A DNA stretch of 64,000 nucleotides, filler included, from Streblomastix strix (GCA_008636045.1; 3 parts of 3 records of this genome joined end to end with filler, not necessarily neighbours in it); one strand, 5' to 3'; shown: positions 26,101 to 39,513, counted from the first letter of the whole stretch. Notes: a model not told the origin generated them from the sequence alone. Program-made: numbers and translations.

Positions 26101-29100
26101 GATGTTGTAGAACCAATTGAAGCAAAAGTAGCAGGAATTGACAATTCAAAGAAAACATTAGCATTTAATGAAACTCAAGGAGGATATGTACAAATAACAA
26201 CATCTTCAATTTGAGTTATTCCAACTCTTTGCTATTCTGTGCATCCTACAAATGCAAATAATGAGATATAAGAATAAGAATAAGAATAAGAATAAGAATA
26301 AGAATAAGAATAAGAATAAGAAAATAAAAATTAATGTAATTCACCTACATCAAAACCATAATAATAAATCCATAAAATGCAATAAAATTAAGATTTGAAA
26401 TGATGGAAGATCCAATCAGAATTCATTGGATATGATGTTAAACATGGAATTTGTTGGTAATCTCCAAATTTATTTTCTGAATAACAATGCAAATAACGCT
26501 TATAAAATCTTGATAATATTCATTCAAAATTAAGTCCTGATAGATCTAAAATTGATTCTGTTTGATCTGATTCTGATCGAATGTAATGTGCGATGACATA
26601 AAAAGTAATATTTGAATGTGGTTGCATTACAGATAATTTGATTGCAGTTTCATACAAATGTATTGTTTTTACCCTTGTTTGGACGCCATCAAAACCCAAA
26701 ATAACACAAAATTTATCAAATTCAAATTAATCTTCTTTATCTGAACCATCTTTGACATTCACATAACTTCCAGCACTTATACATCCAGTATCAACACTTT
26801 GCTTTCCATCTGCAGTGAGATCATTATATGCTTCAACAATCCACACAAGATCATTTCTTGTAGTTGGATGTGAATCACCACCAGCAATTTTCCTTTTCAG
26901 ATTAGATACGATTAAAAACTCTGAAAATACAGAAAATTCCAGGAAAATGATGTGGAATGACTGTGAAAATCTTCTTAACTCACTCAAATACAAAATAACA
27001 TATGCTACAGTATAACGACCTAATCCTGAGCTTGTAATTCAAAATGGAATAAAAAATTTAAATAATAATGAAAATTATAATAATTCACATTCAATTGGAC
27101 TTGGAGAAGGAAACTAATGCGCAATCTTGAGTAATATTTCTTAAGGAAATTCATTAAATGGATTTAGAAATGATGAATCAGAGACAAAACATCTTAAATT
27201 TATTGAAACGCAAAGTGGTTCGCAGATATTTGTTGAAGTATAATGCTCATCTACTGCAACTATGACAAGAATTCTAGATTTATTTCCTTGCGATAAACCT
27301 GCATAGATTCTTTTAACAACATTTGGATAACAAGTTCGGATTTATAGTTAATAAGAGATTGAAATAAGAGATCTGAATTATCGTATGGGTATTTCATCTT
27401 AATTATAATTATCAGAAGAATAACCTTCCTAATAAGAGTAATAATATTTACACTAACGAAATTACTTATAGAATTAAGGAGCAGTTTTATTGATAGGTGG
27501 ATATAATGGACAATTAATATCAACTATTATTCCTCTTACAGTTTTACTTGATTTTCCACCAATAAATTACAATTCAAAATAAAATATCAATTCTACGTAA
27601 TTCTTTTTCCCATCTCTTGTAACATCATTGAGAATATAACCATAATAAATCAAATTATCAGAAGATAATAAAATAGTTTATGTTTATGGAGATTGAGTAT
27701 CAGCTTTAACTTGGAGTGGTATTGCATGTAAGATGATATGGATAAATTTATAATGCAATGGAGGAATTATTCATTCACTTTAACCAATTCATATTGTTGC
27801 ATAAGAATAAACACTATAATTTAATGAAAAAGATAATAAAAGTGAAAATTAAGAAAAAGATAAGTAATAAGAATTGAATGGGAATTAAACAGAAGAAGAT
27901 ACTCATAAAACTGAAGTTCCACATCCTTCTCTTGTGTGGGTTGATTTTATTGATAAGAAACTTACATTTGGTACAATTGATAAAAGGAGATCATTTCTTC
28001 GAGATGTTAAAAATCTTCCTTCTCTTCCATTGGCAGTTACTCATATTCCAACATTACATTGTATTGCAGTATTATGCCGAGAATACTCATAATATAATTA
28101 TCCTGCAGAAGAAAATGATAAAATTGAAGATTTTGATATAAAATAACATCTTGATAATATATCAAATGTTGAAGAAAAAGAAAAAGAAAAAATTAAAATA
28201 ATTAAAGATTGATAAAATATTTATAATAAAAATTCATACTATTAAAGTGGTCTAGGGTTGGATGTCTCTGAAATAACAAATGTAGAACAATAGATATTAC
28301 CATTCTACAATATATATGTAAAATATATGTAAAGAAGAGAAAATATGAAATATGATTAACAACTTTCTGAACATTATAGAAATAATTCATCAAAATGTAC
28401 TAATGATTAAAAATATGAAAATAAAGAGAATTAATATCTAAGTGGACTATATTTTCAAAAATCCATCCCAGATCGAGACAGAAAAGGAGATTTATTTGTT
28501 GATATTGCAACAGAATTGCACATTGAAAAGCATTCAAAGTAGTTCAAAGACTTTAGACCGAAATTATTTCCTCCTTATAAATAAAATTCATAAAAAATAA
28601 GTTTATGCTACTCACCTTGTACCAATTTCTCAATTTCTTTTCAAAATTAATTATAACAAACAAACACGATAAATTCGATAAAATAATTTAATTTATAGAT
28701 GAATGCATTAAAATAGAAATCGCTTTTTCCTCTTAATAATGAATTAACAATTGATAATGATAAAAATAATGAATATAAGAATGAAATAGAATAAGAATTA
28801 GAAATATACAGTTTCTTACCATTACCTCCAAAGAATCAATAATAATTGTTCAAATTATAATTATAATCACAAGTATATGATGATAATAATACATAAATGA
28901 CAAATAAATTAAATTTGAATTAAAATAAGATTGAATTTACAAAAAAATCATTTGAATAGTTTGTTAGTTCTGTATCAAATTAATATGTGATAATCATTTA
29001 TGATGAAACAGAAATGTATTTACGGATTGGAGAACTCAATTTATCTAAACTTAATCTTGATTTTGGGAAGAAATCAGAAGAAATAGGAAGATAATCAACA

Positions 29101-32100
29101 TAACAGAAACCATAAAATTAAACTGAATCTGTTGGCCATTATTATAAATTGGATAATATTGGCATATCAACATTACTATACAATTTTTTCAGTATGGTTT
29201 GTGTGACAATACCAACTCAATAAGGATTAAATGAGATATTGAAAGTTAAACATTGTTCTGTAAATTAATTAGAATCGGCTTCGAAAGAATTACTGAAAAA
29301 TGAATAAGATTAATTTGATAATATTTTTAAAAAAGTTGATTAATTTGAAGAAATAGAATCTAATTTTAATTCAAATTTTACATAAAAACTAATTAATAAA
29401 GAATATTAAATTAAAAAATCTTAGAATGATAAAATTATAAATCCAAATTAAACATCAAATGATAAATTAAGATTATATTTAAATTATTTTTAGAATTAAA
29501 ATTAAAATTAAAAAGAAAATGAATAATGGTAATATAAAAACAATATAAATAATTTCAAAAACAACTTTTAATAAATTTTGAAATCGGATGAATTTAATAA
29601 GTAATATGTACACTCTTTATTATGTGTTCTTGGAACTGAAAGTTCAATTGTATCGTAATAACAAAACAATTCACTCAATTCAAATTATTAATAATATGTA
29701 TCAAAAGAAGAAATGATTATTGATAATATCTTTAGTGATATATTTATTTTTGAAGTTTATCGCCACCATATAATTGGAAATGCAAGTATAAAAGCAAGAT
29801 AATTTCTTGAAAAGGAATTGAATATGGGTAATAATAGTAATAGTAATAACAATAACAAAGATGAAAAGAATATAAAAAATGATGAAATTCTTCACTTTAC
29901 AGATGAATAAATTGAAAACGCACTCGAAGATAGTTCTCAAGTTTAGCATTCATATTCAGATCTCAGCACAAGTCCAATGACAAATATTTATGATAAAACT
30001 CAGATTCTTAATGTTGGATTGGTACTTCATAAGCGAATCCGCATTATTGGAGGTGTTCAATAATTATTTGGTCATCCTTCAACATTAGTTGTTTTAAATG
30101 GACGTGGAGCCTTCATTTTTCTTGTTGGACCAAGATTGGATGATGAAAATGTATAAATTTGTAATAAAATATATTAAAATGGAGTAGATACTAAACATGA
30201 ATATTATAAATAGAAGAATAATAAGAATAAGAATAAGAATAAGAATAAGAATGATATTGAATAATAAAATTATTGTAAATAATTTTGTCTTTCAAATTCT
30301 ATTAATGGGAATGCAAATAATTATTTCAATGCTGAATCATGCTCATGTTCATAAATATTATTTTCTGAAAGCGGTGATTTGTTTGCATCAGTACCATTTC
30401 ATGCATCAATAACAAATGTTCGTAATCTAACAGATAGCCATGGCAAATTTAAATATTTTTCTCACCTGAATATCAAGAAACATCATTATTATACATATAG
30501 TAATGAAACATCTGTAGTTTCATCATAACCCATTCAATCTTATGAAATGTATAGTCCATTTACTTTCAATATTCAACTTATTTCATTAATCATTGCTCCT
30601 TCTCCAATCACATCTTTTAATCTCATTTAATCTATACACCGTCCAAAATCATATCCTCTTCCACATTCTGTTCTTTCATTAACAAATTCAAATGATAATA
30701 ATTATTCTAATGATCTTTTTACTGATCTATAATTTGAATCATTTCCTAATTATGTTTCAATACCTGAATATTTTAGAGGATCAGTTGTATTTGCACCCTG
30801 TGGATTTGGATTTTTTGATATTAAATATGGATATTCATAACAATTAAATAGATTTCCATAAATATATTATCGTAGATTTTGTGCATTTAATCCTTATGAT
30901 GGTGAAATTGTAGAAAGATCTATTTTGAAATAGAAAAAAGATTGTCAATTGAAGAATGGCATTAATAAGAAAAAATCACTAAAATAAAATAAAAAATAAT
31001 TAACAAAAATTGAAATTCAATCAAAACTCAAAAAGAATCTTTAATAATAAAATAAATTTATTCCATCTTTACTCAATTCATCCAACAACAACGACTTATA
31101 AGAATTAATAGAATTGCCAAATGCATCAATTATGCCTTTTACATTCGCATAAAGAAGATGCATTCATTGTAACAGAATTTGCAAAATTGCAACGAATCTC
31201 ATAAAATTATAAGAATCAAATAAATATTCAGAATCTTAAAATATCAATTTAATTAAATAATAAAATATTTAAACAAATCAGAAATCTATTGATTAAAAAC
31301 AATTAGAAAATAGTTATAAACCAGATAATGATTTACAAAATATTTCCAAAAATCAAATTCAATATTCATTATAACTTCCTCCGATGAATGATATAGATTT
31401 TGTTGCAGTTGCTGGAAACTAATTAAAGCATCGACATTGTGATCTAATTCAAACTTCTGCAGCATTTGGACACGAATGCAAGTTAATTTCTCAAGCTTAT
31501 GCACCAACTCTTATTATTAATGCTTGTTTACTTGATATGAATCGTTTTGGAATTATTGGGGATTAAGAAACAATAATCTACGAACTCTTTTCAAATCCAT
31601 TTTATAAACGAATGAAAAAACAAAGAAATAAATAAATATTAAATTCAGATAATAATGATCAATATGAATATCTACCAATGTGCGTTATTCAAATAGCAAG
31701 AATTCCAACAAATTAACATTTTTCATTTATTTTAGGGTGCAGAGCAGATTATAATTCTATATTCAGTGGAATTAGCAACAATTTCATACAAAAAATGTAT
31801 CGCAATCTTGAATTATTAAAATTATAACACATGAATTTAAATGCACCAATTGAAGATTCATCAAAATGGATCAATTAAGATTGCGATGAAGAAAATACAA
31901 AATAATTGATAGAGTAATTAGAAAATGATGAAGAAGCATTGCGTGCTGAAGATCTTGATGATGATTATTACTTAAACTTGAACAATGAAAAAACATCAAT
32001 ATTTGAATTATTTGAATTTTCTCCAAAAGGCTCAATGTAGAATTTACCAGAAATTCCTCCATTCGCGATATTTTCTCACTCTGGAGCAATAATGAAAGTT

Positions 32101-34430
32101 TCACCATCCATATACGATAAAATACCAATGAAAGATATATTCCACTCATTACACATATTATTTATATTCGATATGAACTTTGGTGACATCTGGAAGCATC
32201 CCCAAACAAGATTATTTAAAGATTATGATAAAATTGAAGATTAAAGCTACAGATTGTTATTCATTGAATAAGCCATTCGTGAATGGATATCGACAGGAAA
32301 GATATCTAGAAGATCACCCATTCCATTTAGTGAATCATTACCTCCATTATACGGTTTGAAAGCTGGAAGATTTTTGGAATCATAAGTTTGCAACATTCTA
32401 TCTTAATTTTTTTTAATTATATTTTTATTCTTTTAATACTAAATTGTTTTCAGGTTATTTTCGGACTAAATCCATTGCCTATTTCAGTAGGAGCAACAAA
32501 ATGGAAGATTCTTAATTATGAAAATGTTCTGAAATCAATTGAAAGGATCAGTTTTCATGTAAAACATTTGAATTAATAACGTCTAATCATGCGTGAAATT
32601 CTCAGACGCATAATCTAGAAAATTTAAAGAACAAATCAATGGAAAGACATGAATAATATTATTTAATGCGATAATAATGATAGATTTCTTAAGAAAATTG
32701 TTTTTACACTTGCAAATTATTTGAGTAAACATATGAATTTATTTCAGAATAATTCCTTAAATGAGTTTAATGAGATAAATAGTTTATAAAAGCAAGTTCT
32801 CATTGGGATTCAATTATTAATATTAATTCAATAAAATCCAAATAATAAATTGCATAATAGAATTAAAAATGAATTTTAAGATTCATTGATTCGGAGAAAA
32901 GATTTGGAGAGCTAATATTGGATTAAATATCGAGATGTTTTTTTTCATGGAACAATTGGAATTAATAATAATAATAATATTAATATGGAGTTTTAAGATA
33001 AATTAATTATAGAAGATTTGAATCTTAATTATTTAATTAATTTTCCAATTTAACATTCCAAATTTAATAATTAGAATTAATCAGAATATTCTTTTGATTT
33101 GCAGGAAATAATAGATAAACTAAATTATAATAATGATAAAATGAGAAACATTGGCATAAGCCTAAAATTAAAGGATTTATTCTAATCTTTAATTAAAGTA
33201 AATAAATCTATTCAAATAATTGACAAGAACAACAAACTCCATAATTTTACTCACAAAAATTGTATTGAAATGAAACAGAATTCTGAAGATGAAATGACAT
33301 TTCTTAATTAATTCTCTCAAGATTAACTACCGATGTATCTAATAAAGCCTACAAAATAACAAAAATAAAATATGAATAACAAAATATTGCATGCTTCACC
33401 TAAACAATAACCATTGTATTAAAATCATTTAGGAAAAGAATTTCATAAAAGTGTACCCCATGAATTTGACAAAGCATTATAGAAATAGAAAATTATACCC
33501 CAACTTCATCATTAATAAAATAACTTGAATATTGATGAGAAACTTTAATTTGAGAACTAAATTCATAAACATGAACCAAATAAATCTCAAAACAAAGAGA
33601 AAAATCAAGAAAAATAAAAAGATATTAAACATAAATAAATAAAATAAAGAGAAACCAAATAATTAATAAATAATGAAATAGATTAGAAATAATTCCAATA
33701 AATTAATTAAGAAATATATTCAAAGAATAATTATGAAATTGTTACAGAACAAAGAAAAGAAAAAGATGAAATAGAAATTAATGAAAAACATACAGAATAT
33801 GAAACTAATATCAACATTAATTCTTAATAAACTGAAATTAGCTAATAAAAAGAATAAAACAAAAATAATGATGAATAAAATGAAAAGAATAAACAGCATA
33901 ATTTTTCTAACAATACATCTAAATCAAGATAGAATCAAAGAAAAAGTCATTATTTGCTTCAACGAGCCAGTTTCAATTAACATTTCCCACATTATAATCA
34001 GCCAAAAAAAGATATTGATTGGCAATAAAATATTAATGGCTCTAACAAATCTATTAATAAACAACAAACTGAAATTACAGACAACTCTCCAATTTCAATA
34101 AATCTTTAAATTTCATCATCATCATCATCATAAGAATAAGAATAAGAATAAGATTCATTATCTCCTGCTATCCAACCAACTTATAAAAATACTGATCAAT
34201 CTGAAGAGAAAACAGATTAACTTATATTCATCAATTAATCAGATACAAAAATACAGATTATTCCTCCTGTATCTACTGCTTCACTACTTTACAGGGTAGA
34301 CTCTGGAATTGATTTTGTAAAGAAACCAGGAATGATTATCTTAAAAAATGAACTAAAAGATGAATCAGATAGCTCTGAAGATGAAATTGAAGAACCAAAC
34401 ATTGAAAATTAAAATAATGATAAGAATTGA
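22748..34430 (+). CDS. Giant DDB1-like (DDB1/SF3B3/CPSF160 family) beta-propeller protein; 5 exons, including an 8.9-kb exon 23491-32385 with 6 in-frame TGA
   Basis: N-terminal FYLETLALPGQINSIVIGRFFNRNVETLILAK, FVYGLGNGRTGSL, YVQITTSSI*VI, VYGD*V and KLTFGTID match DDB1 blade motifs in the correct order. No frameshift seen in the long exon; GT-AG introns. Confidence 0.8.
23064..23480. repeat. Intronic microsatellites: (TAT)n at 23064-23115 and TTTTA/TTATA repeats at ~23320-23480
   Basis: Directly visible in introns 2 and 3 of the DDB1-like gene. Confidence 0.9.
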
Positions 34431-34555
34431 AACTATAAATATTTTCATGATTGATGCTATTTCTTCTTCAAATTTGATTAAATTATTATTTTCTTTCTTA
34501 GAATCTACAATATATTTTTAGTTATTTTTACAATAATCAACATCATTTTTTGGTT

Positions 34556-35380
34556 TATTATTTATATCTGTGGTATTTTCACTTTTTTATTTAATTTCAT
34601 TGAGATTATTTTATAAGATCATTTAATATATCATCCAATAATCAATTCGCATTTTGTGAAAATTGAAAATTCAAATTAAATTATCGTTATTTAAATTTCT
34701 TTTTTATAATTATTTTAAATTATTTTAAAAACTTTATATTTTATTTAATAAAATTATATTTAATCATTAAATTTTTGCAATGTATAATTTAATTTGTTAA
34801 TTCAGAAAAGAAATGTTGAATTAAACAATGGATCATAAATAATTCTTTAAAAATGAAATTATTTTCCAATCCGTTTTCTTATTGTTCACTTATTATTAAT
34901 TAATTTGAGTATGAATTATTTACTAACACAAATTTTATTCTATTAAATATTCTACATTATAACATATGAGTTACTAATACACCTCAAAAATATGAAAATT
35001 GTTTGCATGAGCTTTTCTAGCATAGATTCTTTATTCCATACTTAATAAAATATTTATTTCTTACGGATATATATATTTATATAACAAAATAACAGTAACA
35101 TCCAATCACCCAATCCTCAATTCCGCTTGAATAGCTTCTTTTATTTTTCTTTCAAAAACGCATATTTATCCAGCTTCCCATTATACAAATAGTTTACAAT
35201 TTATTTTTATTTTATTCATCGTTATTTCCTCAACCAAATGCGATATAAATCATATTCATTATAATAATCAACTTTTATTTATTACTTTTTCTTTTTTCTT
35301 AATCATTCGATTTCTAAGAACTTAATTGTTTCATGACTTCTATCATATAAATTATTGGTTGTGGGTTTTCTTCTACAATA
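34556..35380 (+). repeat. Second arm of the inverted duplication (cornichon upstream region plus first codons)
   Basis: Reverse complement of 21700-22528. Confidence 0.9.
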
Positions 35381-35824
35381 TTTTTTATATTAACATTATG
35401 GTAAGGCTATACTATTTCTTCACTAAACGATCTACAGAGTGATATAATAAATTCATAAGATTTTTGTTAAGAATTTAATCCACTAATTCTCCCTGAATAT
35501 ATTCTGCATTTTGTAATTACTTCCATACTTCTCATCTCTAAAATGTGGTTTAGTTTTATCCTAAATATTCCTTTGCTTTTATTCCACATTCGGCGTTTTA
35601 AGAAGAAAAAATATTTATTTAATCAAACATCAATTCGTCGCACTGATGAACTTACGAAAGCACTAAAGATATGCTATTTCACATTGATTTATTATTTATC
35701 AATATTTTTTGGGGATATAATTCAGTATGCCAAGCTCTTTTCTTTCTTAAATATTATTTATTTTTCTCTTATCATTTTCTAACACAGATTTATTGTTGAT
35801 CTTTATCAATTCCTTGAAAAATGA
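35333..35824 (+). CDS. Cornichon/Erv14 family ER cargo receptor
   Basis: LNDLQSDIINSQDFCQEFNPLILPEYILH and LNIPLLLFH; hydrophobic segments; intron 35725-35787; TGA stop. Confidence 0.85.
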
Positions 35825-36093
35825 ATGTCATCAATTTTCATTTCATTATCTTCCCATTTCAAATTATTAATAAATATAATTTTAAATATCGAAACATAAT
35901 TTTATTTCAAGTATAAGAAAACATTTGAAATGAAAACAAAAGATTAAATACAGTAATAAACTCCGTCGTAATGATTAGTTTGATATCAATAATATTAAGT
36001 TTACTCAATTTTATTTAAAAAATCCAACCTAAAAAATTAAAAAAAATAGTTTAGTTAAACTACAATTTGATAAACTACTGATTTATTGTTATT

Positions 36094-37410
36094 TCAATGG
36101 TGATTAAAAATACTTGAAAGAACCCATTGAGCATTTCTGCTCAAATCATTATTTCCCTTATTACTGATCTAAGAATCAATTTCTTCAATTCCCCCATTTT
36201 CTTCAATTGATTCAAATGATCCCTTTAGAAATTCTCTACTGCTAATATGATATTCATTTTCATCATGGAGATGTGAAAGTAACCAATGAATTCCAATCAA
36301 AGCTCCTTCAATAACTAAATTATTCTCTTCAAAACTTCCACCACCTGTTCCTACAGCATCAATTAGTATTTCATTATATCCTTCATCTATAAGTTAATTT
36401 TACATATCAATATCACTATAATATTATACCCAAATAATACACTATAATGAATTGTGTCTAATTAAGTCTGCTTGATATTATAGAATAACTGATGAATCTT
36501 ATTTTTTCCTCTGAAAGTGTGAGAGTATTATAAGTGAAGTTACTAACCCATTATCTTTAATTATAGTCTCAACAAATGTTGGGTTAAAATCGCATAATGA
36601 ATGAAGAAGTTCTAATACAGAAGCAATTGTACATTCGGAGGTAATAGGAACATTTTAATTTATAATATTATATGGAGAAAAAGATATAGCAAAAGGAATT
36701 ATAATTCTGCTAAGGTGATTTAAAGCATCATGTTCATTAATAAGATATTGCTTTACTTCATTACAACAAGTTGAAAGACATGCAAGAGTTTTAAATATTG
36801 ATGATTATAATTATTATAAAATTTATGTATTGGAAATGTTAATGCTTTTTAGGCAATTAAAATAGTAATGCCTGCAGTTAATATGAAAGAGTTGAGCGAT
36901 CTTTTTATGTATTAACTAATTAAAAATAAAGTTCTAATAGTTCCATTCTACAATACAAGATAATGCTTTTAAGAATTTTATTCCATTTTTCATATCTAGC
37001 TCTTAAAGATCGTCTATCCAATCAAATTTGCTTATTATTTTAGCAATGTTAAATTCAATAGTTTTCTCACAAATATTTAAAAAAGATTATTCAATATCCT
37101 TGCATTTGATTATATAGCTATAGATACAAACTAGTGAAGCAATGAATTCAGATTAAATCCAATCATCTTTACTGGTATTATAATTATCAATTTCGTCCAA
37201 TATTATTTCTTCGATTTTTTCTAATAACCCTGACTCCTTAAATCAACGATAAATTCTGTTCTCTTCATATTATTAAACTGAATCGGCACCATTCTCTGCT
37301 ATTTCCTCAATTTTAAAAATTATTTCTGTTTTAGAAAATGTATGCACTGATTTAAGTAATAAATCGAGTTTTTCATATTCTAAAGAAAGTTCTTGAGCTT
37401 AAACTTACAT
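36094..37410 (-). CDS. ARM-like orphan family protein, paralog of 2067-3450; internal TGA at 37243-37245
   Basis: ATG at 37410; shares motifs with the 2-3.4 kb gene; probable intron near 36880-36935. Confidence 0.6.
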
Positions 37411-37835
37411 ATGAATAACTAAAATAGAAATAAGAAATATTTAATATTTATATATTTGGATTATATTTTTGATGTGAAATGATTTCATTAAACTCAAGAA
37501 TTATGCTTAAATAATGAATGTATTTTTTAGCTTTTAAACAATGCTTTCCTAATGGTTAAATATAATTTTTTTGATAAATATATTATATATATAATGAAAT
37601 ATGTTTTGTGATTAACCATCCACATATTTTATCACTGTATATCATATAATTACCATACAATGTGAACATTGAACAACTTCAATTTGATGAATTTTTAAGC
37701 TTTTTAATTAAATATCAATAAATAAAAAATTATAAAGATTAGCCATGTTATGATCTAAGTATTTTGTATTTCACTCAATGAATATGTTTACAATCAATTA
37801 AATTATTTTAGGTAAATATTATTTAAATTTTCAAT

Positions 37836-38462
37836 TCATGATTATTGTTTTTTATTTACACCCTCTTTATTTCGTGCGATTTCAATGCAGAGGAATTAAA
37901 TTCTAGTTACTATTATCAAATAAGTAGAAATAATAAATCAATATATTAGAAAAATGTAATATAAACACCTAAAGTTGTATTCTATTCACTAACACCTTTA
38001 CTTGCATCAATACGTAATAATGTCCCAAAGTCCCAATCCTTTGTTTTTTCTTTAAACTGTAAAAGTATATGTATGAATATTTGTTTATTTAAGAGGAAAA
38101 TCACACCTCTAAAAGGAGTGGTCGCCATTTATTTTTTTCTTCTTCCGATTTCATCTTGTTTTCATCGATAATATTCACATCTAAATCTGGAAAAGAAGAT
38201 CGAAATTTTGAGTAAATTTCATCATCTATTCTGAAAATATTAAATAATTATAGCAATAAACTATAAAATAATAATTAAACTTAGATAATCTCAGCTTTGC
38301 TGGATCCATTGACTCAAGTAAGCGTTAGTAAACATCAGCATATTTAAATGCTTAGATAGCCCACTACTTTTCTATATCAGCATTATTTCTTATAGAAGTG
38401 TTATCAAGAGTGTTTTGTTCTTCAGGGGTTGGCTTTGCAGCAACTACAACGTGAGATGACAT
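37836..38462 (-). CDS. PBDC1: Polysaccharide biosynthesis domain-containing protein 1, 4 exons
   Basis: DIEKQWA, IDDEIYSKFR, KWRP, DFGTLLRIDAS and RIQFLCIEIARNKEG; the Gln in EKQW is TAG and in RIQF is TAA. Confidence 0.9.
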
Positions 38463-38730
38463 TTGAATCTGATTATTTAAAATATTTAGTAAAAACGATT
38501 AATAAATGTATTAATAAAAAAATAAAATAAAATAAAATAATAAATGAATGAGAGAAAAATAGATGATCTAATAAATTTATGTAAATTTTAGATATAAATT
38601 TATGATTAACTGACAGTTAAAAATATCCTTATTTAGAGAAAGAAGCGCAAAATTAGGAGAAAAAGATAGAAAAGGACTAGGCGAAGAAAGAGCGTATTCC
38701 ATCATGGTGTGATCGTATTTTGTGGCACAA

Positions 38731-39012
38731 CAATACAGGTTAATCTCTGGTGCACCATATCAAAGGACTGGCATATAGGCGCTGTGAAAGCATACAGACC
38801 TCAGACCACCGCGCTGTTGCTGCTATTTTCGACTTATTCGTCATACTCCCTTTGCGGGAGGTTAGTGATCAAGGGGAATGATTTGTATTGGCAATAAATT
38901 ATTAATGGATATGGACAAGCATAAAGCCTGCGATTACTAGTTCGTTCAGGCTCCATACGCGTGGGGACAAGTTTGTAAAGTGCTTATTAGCTGCTACAAC
39001 CCATGCACACAA
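38731..39012 (+). ncRNA. Candidate structured RNA upstream of, or in the 5' intron of, RPS24
   Basis: GC-richer island; 12-bp stem 38731-38742/38879-38890; two further hairpins, the last followed by ACA at 39007-39009. Family not identified. Confidence 0.35.
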
Positions 39013-39108
39013 ACAGACTTTTATTATTCTTAACTTATTCCTTTATTTTTGTTAATATTCATCCTGTGGATATGCTATAAAATATATTTTCCTTTTTGTG
39101 CAGTGTCT

Positions 39109-39513
39109 ATGATTGTTCAGACCAGCAAAGTCATCTCAAATCCACTGCTGAACAGAAAGCAGATGATTGTGAGAGTAGCTCATCCAGGGCAAAAGGCGCC
39201 ATCGAGAATTGCCCTTCGCGAGGCAATCGCAAAAAACTTCAAGCTTAAAGACCCAACTACGGTGATTTGCTATGGGTTGAGAACAGACTTTGGAGGTGGC
39301 AAGACAACTGGATTTGCTCTTATATATAATAAAGCAGAAGACGTTAAATAGATAGAGTTGCGATATCGCAAAATACGCCATGGCCTGGCGAAGCCAATCG
39401 AAAAGAAAGTAGTTCGAAAAGCTCGTAAAGAAAGAAAGAATAAGTCAAAGAAGAATAGAGGTGTGAAGAACCAGAAGGAGCTTAAGGCGAAAAGACGTCA
39501 AAAGAACCAGTGA
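39109..39513 (+). CDS. RPS24: 40S ribosomal protein S24 (eS24)
   Basis: NPLLNRKQM, HPG, GLRTDFGGGKTTGFALIY; reads through TAG at 39349 into the conserved basic tail (RKERKNKSKKNRG); TGA at 39511. A 3' splice site at 39103 suggests an upstream exon. Confidence 0.97.

Noticed and set aside
24571..28212. Selenocysteine as the meaning of the internal TGAs
   Set aside because: Alignable sites are not Cys, these families are not known selenoproteins, and no SECIS was recognised.
38700..39012. Assignment to U1-U6, SRP, RNase P/MRP or telomerase RNA
   Set aside because: The diagnostic motifs of these RNAs were not found by eye.
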